Source of the DNA: Bacillota bacterium
Lineage (GTDB): Bacteria; Bacillota; Clostridia; Christensenellales; SZUA-584
DNA length: 64,000 nucleotides
Direction of reading: 5' to 3'
Assembly (NCBI GenBank): GCA_023460085.1
Contig: JAEWRI010000044.1
Location: 54,877 to 118,876, forward strand
Below are positions 16,144 to 24,712 of this stretch, in pieces (position 1 is the stretch's first letter; every line of letters begins with the position of its first letter). The notes below the pieces were generated by a model. It had not been told where the DNA came from and made no database searches. It worked only from the letters and a program-made list of their open reading frames with translations. A program made the translations under genes and the position numbers.

Positions 16144-18135
16144 ATGTCTTCAGGCGATTCTATGCTGGATATTTACCTTTACGAGAACACACAGCTTCTG
16201 GAGAAATTTGAATCCTTGTTGCTGGCCTGCGAAAATGCGGATTCCTTTTCCTCAGATGAGATAGCGGAAATATTTCGAATACTGCATACCATCAAAGGTT
16301 CGTCGGCCATGATGAATTTCGACGGCATCGCGAACCTTTCTCACGCGCTTGAGGATCTTTTCGATCACATGCGCGGTCATGAGGTAAGCAAGGATGAGCA
16401 TCCGGGAATCAGCGCCCTTGCGTTTGAAACGCTGGATATGATAAAGTCCGAAATTGAAACGATCCAGAGCGGCGGCCTGCCGGATATGGACACTGCTCCG
16501 ATGACACGCCGCATCCGTGATTTTCTGAACGCACTGGTCCGACATACAGAGCACGGGTCTTTGGATAGCGGCCCGCCTTCATTGGTCCAGGAGTCCGCAA
16601 GGCAGCCGGGTTCACATTCTTTCGAAGCGAAGATCACTTTTCAGCCTGAATCCAAGATGGAGAATATCCGCGCGTTCGGCATCCTTAAATCCATCGAGAA
16701 GCTGTGCTCGGATACCCATACCATACCGGCAGATCTGTTCGCGGCAAACAGTGCAGAGGTGATCTCCCAAAATGGCTTTACGCTTTGTATGCGCACAGAC
16801 GAGGCTCAAGAAGTGCTGGAGCGCAAGATCCGGGAAGCTTTCTTCATCCGCAGCCTGAAAATAAAGAAGCTGGATACGGAAACTTCGCAGAAGGTGTTTC
16901 ATCCCGGCGATACCGGCAGTTCAGCCTCGGCAAAAGCCGCTGACGCTGGAAGCCTCGCCAAGCAAAACTTCATGAGTGTGAACCTTTCGAAGCTCGACAT
17001 GCTTATGGATATCGTAGGCGAGATCGTCATTACGGAATCTACCGTCACCAAGAACCCCGAGGTGACAAAACTGCATCTTGAAAGTTTCGATAAGGCTTCC
17101 CGTCAGCTTCGTAAACTGACCAACGAGCTGCAGGATATCGTCATGTCCATCCGAATGATCCCCGTTTCCGGCACATTTCACCGTTTGGAACGGATTGTTC
17201 GGGATATGTCGGTAAAAATCGACAAAAAAGCCCGTCTTGTCATCATTGGTGAAGATACCGAACTGGACAAGAACGTACTCGACAATCTGGCAGATCCGCT
17301 CATGCATATCGTACGCAATTCGATGGATCACGGGCTGGAACATGCCGACGAACGCGAGCGTCTGGGCAAGAATCCAACAGGCGAAATCGTACTGGAGGCG
17401 CGCAACTCAGGCAGCGACGTGTTGATTATCATATCGGACGACGGACGCGGTTTGGATCGCGATGCGCTGATCGACAAGGGTATCAAACAAGGTCTCATTC
17501 ATAAGGACAAATCCGAGGTCAGCGACAAAGAAGCTTATTCGCTGATATTTATGCCAGGCTTCTCTACCCGCGATCAGGTTACAGAATTCTCCGGCCGCGG
17601 AGTGGGCATGGATGTCGTGGTCAAAAGCATCGAGCGGCTGGGCGGCTCGCTTTCTGTGGACAGCACCCCTGAGCAAGGAATGCGCGTCACCATACGCATA
17701 CCGCTGACGCTCGCCATCATCGACGGCATGCTGGTATCCGTGGGCAGCTTTACCTATATCCTGCCGATGCTCTTAATCAAGGATTCCTTCAAGCCCGACA
17801 TAAAGGATGTATTCTCCGATCCGGCTGGAAACGAAATGATATGGCTTCGAGGTAACTGCTATCCCATTCTGCGTCTTCACCGGCTTTTTGGCATCGAGAC
17901 AAGCGCAACCCAGATTTGCGACGGCATCCTCATATTGGTTGAAGCGCAGGCGGGGCCATATTGCATCTTCGTGGATAATCTCCTCGGAGAACAGCAGACG
18001 GTCGTTAAACCGATACCTGCCTACATCACGAGAAATTTCAAGAATATCAAGGGGATGTCGGGCTGCACCATACTGGGAGACGGCAGTATCAGCCTGATAC
18101 TGGATATTAACGGGTTGCGGCTGGACATGAAATAA
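16144..18135 (+). CDS. cheA: Chemotaxis histidine kinase CheA
   Basis: HPt site FRILHTIKGSSAMMNF, N-box HIVRNSMDHGLE, G1 DDGRGLD, G2 GFSTRDQVTEFSGRGVGMDVV, and a C-terminal CheW-like domain. Start moved to the third ATG (16144), which is 7 nt after GGAGG at 16132-16136; the track start is 16129. Confidence 0.95.
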   Translation: MSSGDSMLDIYLYENTQLLEKFESLLLACENADSFSSDEIAEIFRILHTIKGSSAMMNFDGIANLSHALEDLFDHMRGHEVSKDEHPGISALAFETLDMIKSEIETIQSGGLPDMDTAPMTRRIRDFLNALVRHTEHGSLDSGPPSLVQESARQPGSHSFEAKITFQPESKMENIRAFGILKSIEKLCSDTHTIPADLFAANSAEVISQNGFTLCMRTDEAQEVLERKIREAFFIRSLKIKKLDTETSQKVFHPGDTGSSASAKAADAGSLAKQNFMSVNLSKLDMLMDIVGEIVITESTVTKNPEVTKLHLESFDKASRQLRKLTNELQDIVMSIRMIPVSGTFHRLERIVRDMSVKIDKKARLVIIGEDTELDKNVLDNLADPLMHIVRNSMDHGLEHADERERLGKNPTGEIVLEARNSGSDVLIIISDDGRGLDRDALIDKGIKQGLIHKDKSEVSDKEAYSLIFMPGFSTRDQVTEFSGRGVGMDVVVKSIERLGGSLSVDSTPEQGMRVTIRIPLTLAIIDGMLVSVGSFTYILPMLLIKDSFKPDIKDVFSDPAGNEMIWLRGNCYPILRLHRLFGIETSATQICDGILILVEAQAGPYCIFVDNLLGEQQTVVKPIPAYITRNFKNIKGMSGCTILGDGSISLILDINGLRLDMK

Positions 18136-18139
18136 GATT

Positions 18140-19213
18140 ATGAGATATATTGCAACGAGTGAACTGCGTCCCGGGTATAGGCTTGCATCAAGCCTTGTAT
18201 ATTCCAAAAACACGGTGCTCTTGCGTAAGGGAGTCATTTTGACTCCCTCACTAATCAATCGGATCGCGTTGCTGGGATATCAAGGCCTTTATATCGAAGA
18301 CGAAATTTCTGAAGGTCTGGAAATAGACGATGTCATCAGCAACGATTTAAGGGTTCAAACGCGTAAGGAACTGCAGCAGTTATTCTTCAATATGGAGAAC
18401 AACATTACCACCGGCGCAAAGAAGCGTATCCGCAGCATCACCTCACTGGCCAAAGAGATTGTAGACGAGATACTCTGCAACCGCCACGCAATGATCAATC
18501 TGGTTGATCTCAGGACCTTTGACGACTATACCTACTGTCACAGCCTCAATGTCACGGTGCTGGCTGTGGTGCTGGGCACCGCGCTGAGACTGCGGCGCGA
18601 TACGATCTACGAGCTTGCAATCGGCGCGCTGATTCACGATACCGGCAAGATGTTTGTTGGGAAAGAGATTCTCAATAAACCCAGCAAGCTCAACGACGAG
18701 GAATTCGCCCAAATCAAAAAGCACAGCGAGCTTGGCTTCGACTACCTTTGCGACAATCCGGACATTCCGGACAGCGCGAAGATTGCGACATTGCAGCATC
18801 ACGAGCAGTTCAACGGGAATGGGTATCCCCACGGCTTATCCGGCAAGAAAATTCACCAGTTCGGCCGTATCATCTCCGTTGCGGATGTTTATGATGCGCT
18901 CACCTCGGACAGGCCCTATCGCAAGGCGATGCTTCCCTCGGACGCCCTGGAATATATCATGGGCGGATACAACACCATGTTCGATCCCGATATCGTGAAG
19001 GTGCTGACCAAGAAGGTAGCCCCCTACCCCATCGGCACCTGCGTCCGGCTGAGCTCTGGCGAACTGGGCATTGTCATCCGGAACTACGAGGACACCAGCC
19101 TGCGCCCTGTGGTCAAGCTGATAGAGGACAACAAACCGACCAATATCATCGTCGATCTTTCCAACGATCGTGCTTCCCTGAACGTAACGATCAAGGAGAT
19201 CGTCAACCCCTGA
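18140..19213 (+). CDS. HD-GYP domain protein (predicted c-di-GMP phosphodiesterase), last gene of the che operon
   Basis: 357 aa. HD motif (HSLNVTVLAV..GALIHDTGKMF) and HHEQFNGNGYPHGL (GYP) followed by DVYDALTSDRPYRKA. No receiver domain. Starts 4 nt after the cheA stop. Confidence 0.88.
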   Translation: MRYIATSELRPGYRLASSLVYSKNTVLLRKGVILTPSLINRIALLGYQGLYIEDEISEGLEIDDVISNDLRVQTRKELQQLFFNMENNITTGAKKRIRSITSLAKEIVDEILCNRHAMINLVDLRTFDDYTYCHSLNVTVLAVVLGTALRLRRDTIYELAIGALIHDTGKMFVGKEILNKPSKLNDEEFAQIKKHSELGFDYLCDNPDIPDSAKIATLQHHEQFNGNGYPHGLSGKKIHQFGRIISVADVYDALTSDRPYRKAMLPSDALEYIMGGYNTMFDPDIVKVLTKKVAPYPIGTCVRLSSGELGIVIRNYEDTSLRPVVKLIEDNKPTNIIVDLSNDRASLNVTIKEIVNP

Positions 19214-19269
19214 CACTTCTCGCATGACATAGCAATACGGTCTGTTACAGAGAACAGGAAAGATACGAA

Positions 19270-19293
19270 AGGCCGCCGGTTATCCGGCGGCCT
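19270..19293. terminator. Bidirectional hairpin terminator between convergent genes
   Basis: AGGCCGCCGG-ttat-CCGGCGGCCT, a perfect 10-bp GC-rich stem between the HD-GYP stop and the VanW-family stop. Confidence 0.7.
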
Positions 19294-19333
19294 GCGCTTA
19301 CTGTTCGTTTGCCTGTTATCCCCACAGTCCGGG

Positions 19334-21076
19334 TTATTCCGTAGTCTCCGTAGATGCTGACGCGCTCGGTGAAACCGAGGGCGATGTTGAAACCGAGGGT
19401 GCGGGTGTCGGGGTGGCTGTTGCGGGGTCCTGATAGTTGCAGTAGGTCTTACCATTGGTGGGTCCGATGTTGACACTCTCGAACTCCACTTCGTTGTACT
19501 TCGTGCCATCCAGCTTATAAAACTGCCGGTATGTCGTCACCTTCATGCCCATCTGATTCTGCGAATACACCTTTGCTTCACCGACAGCAATCGGCGTGCC
19601 GTCCGGCAGCGCAGTATAGCCGTAAAACATTTGCATCTTCGGGGTGCCGTAGGTGCTCGCCGATCCCGATTTGAAGCTGTAGATTACTTCTTCGCCCGTT
19701 GCCGAATCGATTACCGGCGGGCCATAGATCTCCACCGTAACAGTCTTGGTCTCCGGATTCATATACGATACGATATAGATGGGCGATGAGTGCGTATTGG
19801 TCAGCTTCAGATCCGGGCCGCCCGTGCTGATCGTTGCGTCCAACCCTTTGGGCATATAACCCGAAACGATGCTGTGATGTTTGGACTGCGTAGTCAGCCC
19901 GGCGCGAATCGCCGCATTATAAAGCGTACTCGATATCTGGCAGACACCACCGCCCGGTTGATCTACATAGGCACCGTCCGTGATACCGGATGCCAGTGCC
20001 CACCCCTTCGCTACGGTACGCGGCCCGGCCTGCTCGTTAATGGACCATTCGATACCGGGATCTATCTGCACGCCGCAGATAACGCCCGACATCTTGGCTA
20101 CATTCCAGTTGCGGTTGGTAGAGTAGTGTTCCGAATAGCTTGATGTCCAGGATGTAATCAAATGCGTTTGTGTTTTAATCTGTTCCAACGTAACCGCGGG
20201 CTGCGTTATCTCAAACGGCACTTCGATCACAGAGAAAGCACCGCTCTGAACCTCTTCCAATATCTGCGTAGCAACCGGATCCATGTCGGTGGTTATCCCC
20301 GTCTGCTCCGGCGTATAATAGAAACGGGATATGGTTGCGGCGGCAGGAGTATAGTCCTCCTCATAGTGATCATTCTCCCAGTACTGATAGCGAAGCGCCA
20401 GCGGCATCTCCGCTTCTGTCAGACGGACGAGATTCTCCGGCCACGAGATCGTCTTGCCCTTGGAAGCCAATGTGATGATTTCGTTCATATCTGGAGTATA
20501 TGGGGTTCCGTCTGCATAATGGCCCCAGGGTGTAAAAAGCGCGGTTGCGTCCAGCGGCAGCTGATCCAGCTCCATCTTGACTATGGACAGCGCACCAGAA
20601 ACCCCCGCTTCATCCGCGGCAAGGCTGACGGCGAAATCTGCGCCGCCGTCCTTTGCGTCCTCCGCCGCCTTCAGGCGATCGTCAAACGTGCCGGTACGTC
20701 CATATGCCATCGCCTTGTCCAGCACATCCTCGTAATCCGTCCCGATGCCCAGCTCCTCGGCGGCATACGTATGCGCTTCCCCATTTACATCAAGCGTTAC
20801 ACTGGCGTCCGCCAGCAGAGCGCCGGGAATCTGGGAAGTCGCGCTCAGCGCTTCCTCCTTCGTCATGCCGGAAATATCCACGCCGCCCACTTTAACACCG
20901 TCGAGCGCAACCCCCAGGCTGAATACCCTGTCGTCCGATGCGCCGCGGGAATTGCCAATCAATAATACAGTACAAATTGCCAGCGCTGCCACGAGCAGCC
21001 CGCCGGACACACACAAGAACAACAGTGAATTTTTCTTTACCGTTCCATTTTTCTTTTTCTTTTTGGCGCCTGCCAT
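19334..21076 (-). CDS. VanW-family cell-wall protein with N-terminal membrane anchor
   Basis: VanW core GGGVCQISSTLYNAAIRAGL..HSIVSGYMPKGLDATIS. N-terminal KKKKK plus TM helix. Start trimmed to the ATG at 21076, 7 nt after AAGGAGG; the track start is 21136. Confidence 0.8.
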   Translation of the reverse strand: MAGAKKKKKNGTVKKNSLLFLCVSGGLLVAALAICTVLLIGNSRGASDDRVFSLGVALDGVKVGGVDISGMTKEEALSATSQIPGALLADASVTLDVNGEAHTYAAEELGIGTDYEDVLDKAMAYGRTGTFDDRLKAAEDAKDGGADFAVSLAADEAGVSGALSIVKMELDQLPLDATALFTPWGHYADGTPYTPDMNEIITLASKGKTISWPENLVRLTEAEMPLALRYQYWENDHYEEDYTPAAATISRFYYTPEQTGITTDMDPVATQILEEVQSGAFSVIEVPFEITQPAVTLEQIKTQTHLITSWTSSYSEHYSTNRNWNVAKMSGVICGVQIDPGIEWSINEQAGPRTVAKGWALASGITDGAYVDQPGGGVCQISSTLYNAAIRAGLTTQSKHHSIVSGYMPKGLDATISTGGPDLKLTNTHSSPIYIVSYMNPETKTVTVEIYGPPVIDSATGEEVIYSFKSGSASTYGTPKMQMFYGYTALPDGTPIAVGEAKVYSQNQMGMKVTTYRQFYKLDGTKYNEVEFESVNIGPTNGKTYCNYQDPATATPTPAPSVSTSPSVSPSASASTETTE

Positions 21077-21216
21077 GAGCTTGTCCTCCTTATCCGAGAC
21101 AGAACTTACATTTATTATACAGGTGAATAATTTCAAATCCGTTACACTGTAATGTTATTTTTGCCGAATCATATAACGTTTATAATACGCATGCTTTATC
21201 TTTTTGTTAATTAACA

Positions 21217-22032
21217 CTATTGTTCTGACAGAAACGCCATCGCTCCCTCACAAATTGCCCGGGCCACCCGCTGCTGATACTCCGCCTGCTGCAGGCTTCG
21301 CTCCTCGTCTGTGTTGCTTAAATACCCGCATTCCACAAGCACGGAGGGCTGGTTGCCCTGCTTGAGCACGTAAAGCTCCTGCGATCGCTCCTTTCCGTCC
21401 GCATTCAATTCATCGTTCAGCGCATCTTGTATTTTCCCGGCAAACGTTTTTCCCTTTTCAGACCCGGCCATGAACAGCACCAAAGGCCCGTGCACATTGG
21501 GATCATCCGGGTATGAATTCATATGGATGCTGATGGCCAAATCCGCACCGCTCTCGCTGATGATGCGTCCGCGCTCGTGAAGGCTTTCGATCTGTGTCGT
21601 TCCCAGACCCACATCGTCCTCCCGCGTCATGAGCACCTGTACTCCCTGCGCCTCAAATTCCGTTTTCAGGTACTGCGCAATCTGCAGGTTGATATCGGCT
21701 TCATGCGTTCCGGTTACGCCAATGCATCCCGGATCGAAGCCGCCGTGCCCTGCGTCCACCACAACAAGATAGCTGCCGGCTATATTACCGGAAGTGGCTC
21801 CCGGGGTTTTTACGGCATCGATCGGTTGTGAAGCGACAGTACCGGCCGGCGGGGCACTCTGCGTGCCTGCTGTTTCTGTCTGCGCGTTTGCGGATATAAC
21901 CCCTAATTCCTTGAGCGCCACCGCGACTACGATAACAAGCACCGCCAGCGCCACCAGCGTAAGCAGCGCTCCAACCATCTTCCTGCCGTTGATTTTATAA
22001 CGACGGTTTTCTTTTTCATTGGTATTGCTCAT
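21217..22032 (-). CDS. N-acetylmuramoyl-L-alanine amidase (Amidase_3), membrane anchored
   Basis: VVVDAGHGGFDPGCIG, ISIHMNS and VLVECGYLSN motifs. Start trimmed to the Met at 22032 (MSNTNEKENRRYK plus TM helix). Confidence 0.88.
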   Translation of the reverse strand: MSNTNEKENRRYKINGRKMVGALLTLVALAVLVIVVAVALKELGVISANAQTETAGTQSAPPAGTVASQPIDAVKTPGATSGNIAGSYLVVVDAGHGGFDPGCIGVTGTHEADINLQIAQYLKTEFEAQGVQVLMTREDDVGLGTTQIESLHERGRIISESGADLAISIHMNSYPDDPNVHGPLVLFMAGSEKGKTFAGKIQDALNDELNADGKERSQELYVLKQGNQPSVLVECGYLSNTDEERSLQQAEYQQRVARAICEGAMAFLSEQ

Positions 22033-22264
22033 ACGTCCCCCATAAAAAATAAATCTCATCGGCGGCGGGCTTTGATAGTGCCTTTCCGATTGCTGGCACC
22101 ATGCACCGCTTTTTTCCACGGCTTCGGCGCAATCCTTATTAACCCGACGCGTCTGAAATATTCAGCATGCTTTTATCCCGCGTTAATATTTTTGTAATAA
22201 ATGTAACTTGTGTGTAGTATATGATTTTTTCAGATGTTTGTCAATGAGAGAGGGTGAAACGTCC

Positions 22265-22293
22265 GCAAAAAAGAAGGGTACAAGAACCCTTCC
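22265..22293 (-). terminator. Rho-independent terminator downstream of the GlsB/YeaQ gene
   Basis: The minus strand reads GAAGGGTtcttgtACCCTTC followed by TTTTTTGC. Confidence 0.7.
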
Positions 22294-22306
22294 TTTTATG
22301 CGTCGC

Positions 22307-22582
22307 TTACTTTTCGTGCCCTGTTACGCTGCCTCTGCGGATGAGATTGATGATCGCAAGCAATATGATCGCCCCCAGCAGCGCCACCAGAAAGCTTTCG
22401 ATGTTAAAGCCCGTTACATCCGCGGGCGCACCGATGAGATTCATGATGAGTCCGCCGATAAAGGCACCCACGACGCCCACGATGATATTGGCGAATACAC
22501 CCATCGAAGGATTGTTCCGCATGATGATGCTGGCAACCCAACCCGCCAAACCGCCGAGTATGATCCAGGATAATAAGCCCAT
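22307..22582 (-). CDS. GlsB/YeaQ/YmgE-family small membrane protein
   Basis: 91 aa. MGLLSWIILGGLAGWVASIIM and a Gly-rich TM pattern. Confidence 0.85.
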   Translation of the reverse strand: MGLLSWIILGGLAGWVASIIMRNNPSMGVFANIIVGVVGAFIGGLIMNLIGAPADVTGFNIESFLVALLGAIILLAIINLIRRGSVTGHEK

Positions 22583-22703
22583 CGTTTAGTCCTCCTTCTT
22601 TGATACGCTTAGTATCCGCAGTGCGGGTGGTATTATACGGGAACCGGAATCAACCGCTGCCTTTGTCAGTATGAACCCTTTTTGGACGCCAACCGATCGT
22701 AAA

Positions 22704-24698
22704 TCAAATCTTCAGTAATACAGCGTCATAGGGCTTGAGCGCGAGCTCTATGAGCCCGTCGCGGAATTCGTAAGCTTCCCCCGTGAGCATGCAGTGCACC
22801 TGCCCGGAGAGCTTGTCTCTCAGCGCGCGGGCGTCCTCTTCAGTAATCAGCTGCTGGTGTCCCAGTACATCAAACACCACGCGAAGCGGTCGGTGAGAAC
22901 GGTTTACCGCGGCAAGAAACACCGCATCCCGTGCGGAATTCCCGAACGCGTCTCTGCCGCCCAGTACATAACGCAGCACGCCCACGCAGTCCTCGTGCGG
23001 CGCGAAGAACGCCGCGCGCCCGGTACGCAGCGCGTCCGATTCGCCGCGAATACGCCCGAGGGTACGGTAATGAGCCGTAATATCGCCTTCGCCCGGGGGA
23101 AACGCGCCGCGGTTGAAGGGATCGAGAAACCCTTCCATGCCTTTTTCGTCGCCATAATACACGCTGGGCGCGCCCGGCAGCGCAAACTGCAGCACAGCAG
23201 CCAGCCGCTGCAGCGCGGCGCCTTTCTCGTTTTGCGCGGCGCTGACGAAGAACGTCGCCTGCTGTTCGCGCGTCAGCGCCTTCGCGTCGATAGGCGCACT
23301 GAGCGCGGTACGCAGCCTCTCCACATCGTGCGAGGACAGCAGGTTCATCAGCGCGTAATACATGGGCTTCGGGTAATTGACCGCCTGAGCGGTTAAAAAC
23401 CGCCGCAGCTGCTCCGCGTCCTGCTTGCCTGTCATGAAACCGAGTATGGCGCTGCGCAGCGGATAATTCATCACCGAGTCCAGAGAGCGCCCCAGTGCAA
23501 ATGCGCGTTTCGTGCCATAGCTGTATTTGGTCGTCGCGTCCTCCCACACCTCGCCGATGAGCGCGGCTTCGCTGTCCGCCTGCCGCACAGACTCGCGCAT
23601 CCGCGCAAGCACGTCGTCGGGCAGCTCGTCGGCCACGTCCAGCCGGTAGCCGGAGGCCCCGGCGCGCAGCCAACGTTTCATCACGCTGTCTTCGCCCGTC
23701 ACGACAAAGCGCTGCCAGTCCGCGTTGTGCTCGTTGACCTCGGGCAGGGTTTTAAAGCCCCACCAGCATTTGTACTGTTCGGGATACTGCTCGAACGTGT
23801 ACCATGGATAATAAGGGGATTCTTTGCTGCGGAACGCGCCGCCTTCGCCGTAGGCTCCTTCGCGGTTGAAGTACACACTGTCCGATCCGGTATGCGAAAA
23901 CACGCCGTCCAATATGATGCGGATACCTATAGACGCGGCCTTTTCGCAGAGCGCGCGCAGATCGTCCTCCGTACCCAGCACCGGATCGACGCGCAGGTAA
24001 TCGGCGGTATTGTAACGGTGGTTGGACGCCGCCTCAAACACCGGGTTCAGATAGACGACGCTCACGCCGAGGTCCCGGATATAGTCCAGCGACTGCGCAA
24101 TACCCTTCAGCGTACCGCCAAAGTAATCGCACGGCTCATAGTTCTTCTCGCCCGGCAACGGCCGGTAGCGCGGCTTGTCCGTCCAGCGCTCGTGCAGCTC
24201 CGCCTTGCGGCCCTTGGAGCGGTGATATTCGACGCCGCGCCGCGCTGTATCATCGTCGCTGCGCGCAAAACGGTCGGGGAAGATTTGATAAATGGTGGCG
24301 TTCTTCAGCCAGCCCGGCGTATCAAACGCGGCGTCGTACACCGTAAACTGAAACGCGGGCGGATGCTCGGTATAGACGCACCCCAGCCCGGCGCTTACGC
24401 CGCCCTCCGCACCATAGTAATATACCGTGCCGCCCACGCTGATGTTGAAATAGTACCAATAAACATCGGGCTTTGCGGGGGCATTCAGCGTCACCGTATA
24501 CGCCCCGTTCTCAAGGCGCATCGGGGTATCCTGCCGGAAGCCCTCGTTCATCAGCGTCACGTATACCGCGCCCACCGAGTGAAGTCGGGTACGGAAGCGC
24601 AGTGTAACCGGCTGGCCCGGCTTCAGTGCTTCCGCGGGCTCACGGTACGCGGGCGACGCCGAGTCGTGCAGCATTTCATTTTTCAAGTTCCGCAGCAT
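22704..24698 (-). CDS. Glycoside hydrolase family 13 enzyme (alpha-amylase/neopullulanase-like)
   Basis: GH13 regions IILDGVFSHTG, GYRLDVADEL, IGEVWED and LLSSHDVER. Start trimmed to the ATG at 24698, preceded by GGGGAGGGAG, 15 nt after the glgP stop. Confidence 0.88.
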   Translation of the reverse strand: MLRNLKNEMLHDSASPAYREPAEALKPGQPVTLRFRTRLHSVGAVYVTLMNEGFRQDTPMRLENGAYTVTLNAPAKPDVYWYYFNISVGGTVYYYGAEGGVSAGLGCVYTEHPPAFQFTVYDAAFDTPGWLKNATIYQIFPDRFARSDDDTARRGVEYHRSKGRKAELHERWTDKPRYRPLPGEKNYEPCDYFGGTLKGIAQSLDYIRDLGVSVVYLNPVFEAASNHRYNTADYLRVDPVLGTEDDLRALCEKAASIGIRIILDGVFSHTGSDSVYFNREGAYGEGGAFRSKESPYYPWYTFEQYPEQYKCWWGFKTLPEVNEHNADWQRFVVTGEDSVMKRWLRAGASGYRLDVADELPDDVLARMRESVRQADSEAALIGEVWEDATTKYSYGTKRAFALGRSLDSVMNYPLRSAILGFMTGKQDAEQLRRFLTAQAVNYPKPMYYALMNLLSSHDVERLRTALSAPIDAKALTREQQATFFVSAAQNEKGAALQRLAAVLQFALPGAPSVYYGDEKGMEGFLDPFNRGAFPPGEGDITAHYRTLGRIRGESDALRTGRAAFFAPHEDCVGVLRYVLGGRDAFGNSARDAVFLAAVNRSHRPLRVVFDVLGHQQLITEEDARALRDKLSGQVHCMLTGEAYEFRDGLIELALKPYDAVLLKI

Positions 24699-24712
24699 CG
24701 CTCCCTCCCCGC

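Noticed and set aside
22033-22306. A 270-nt AT-rich intergenic region, and the 248-nt region 42174-42421, inspected for sRNA or riboswitch structure.
   Set aside because: Apart from ordinary terminators I saw no conserved-looking helices or known riboswitch cores. These are most simply promoter/terminator spacers.
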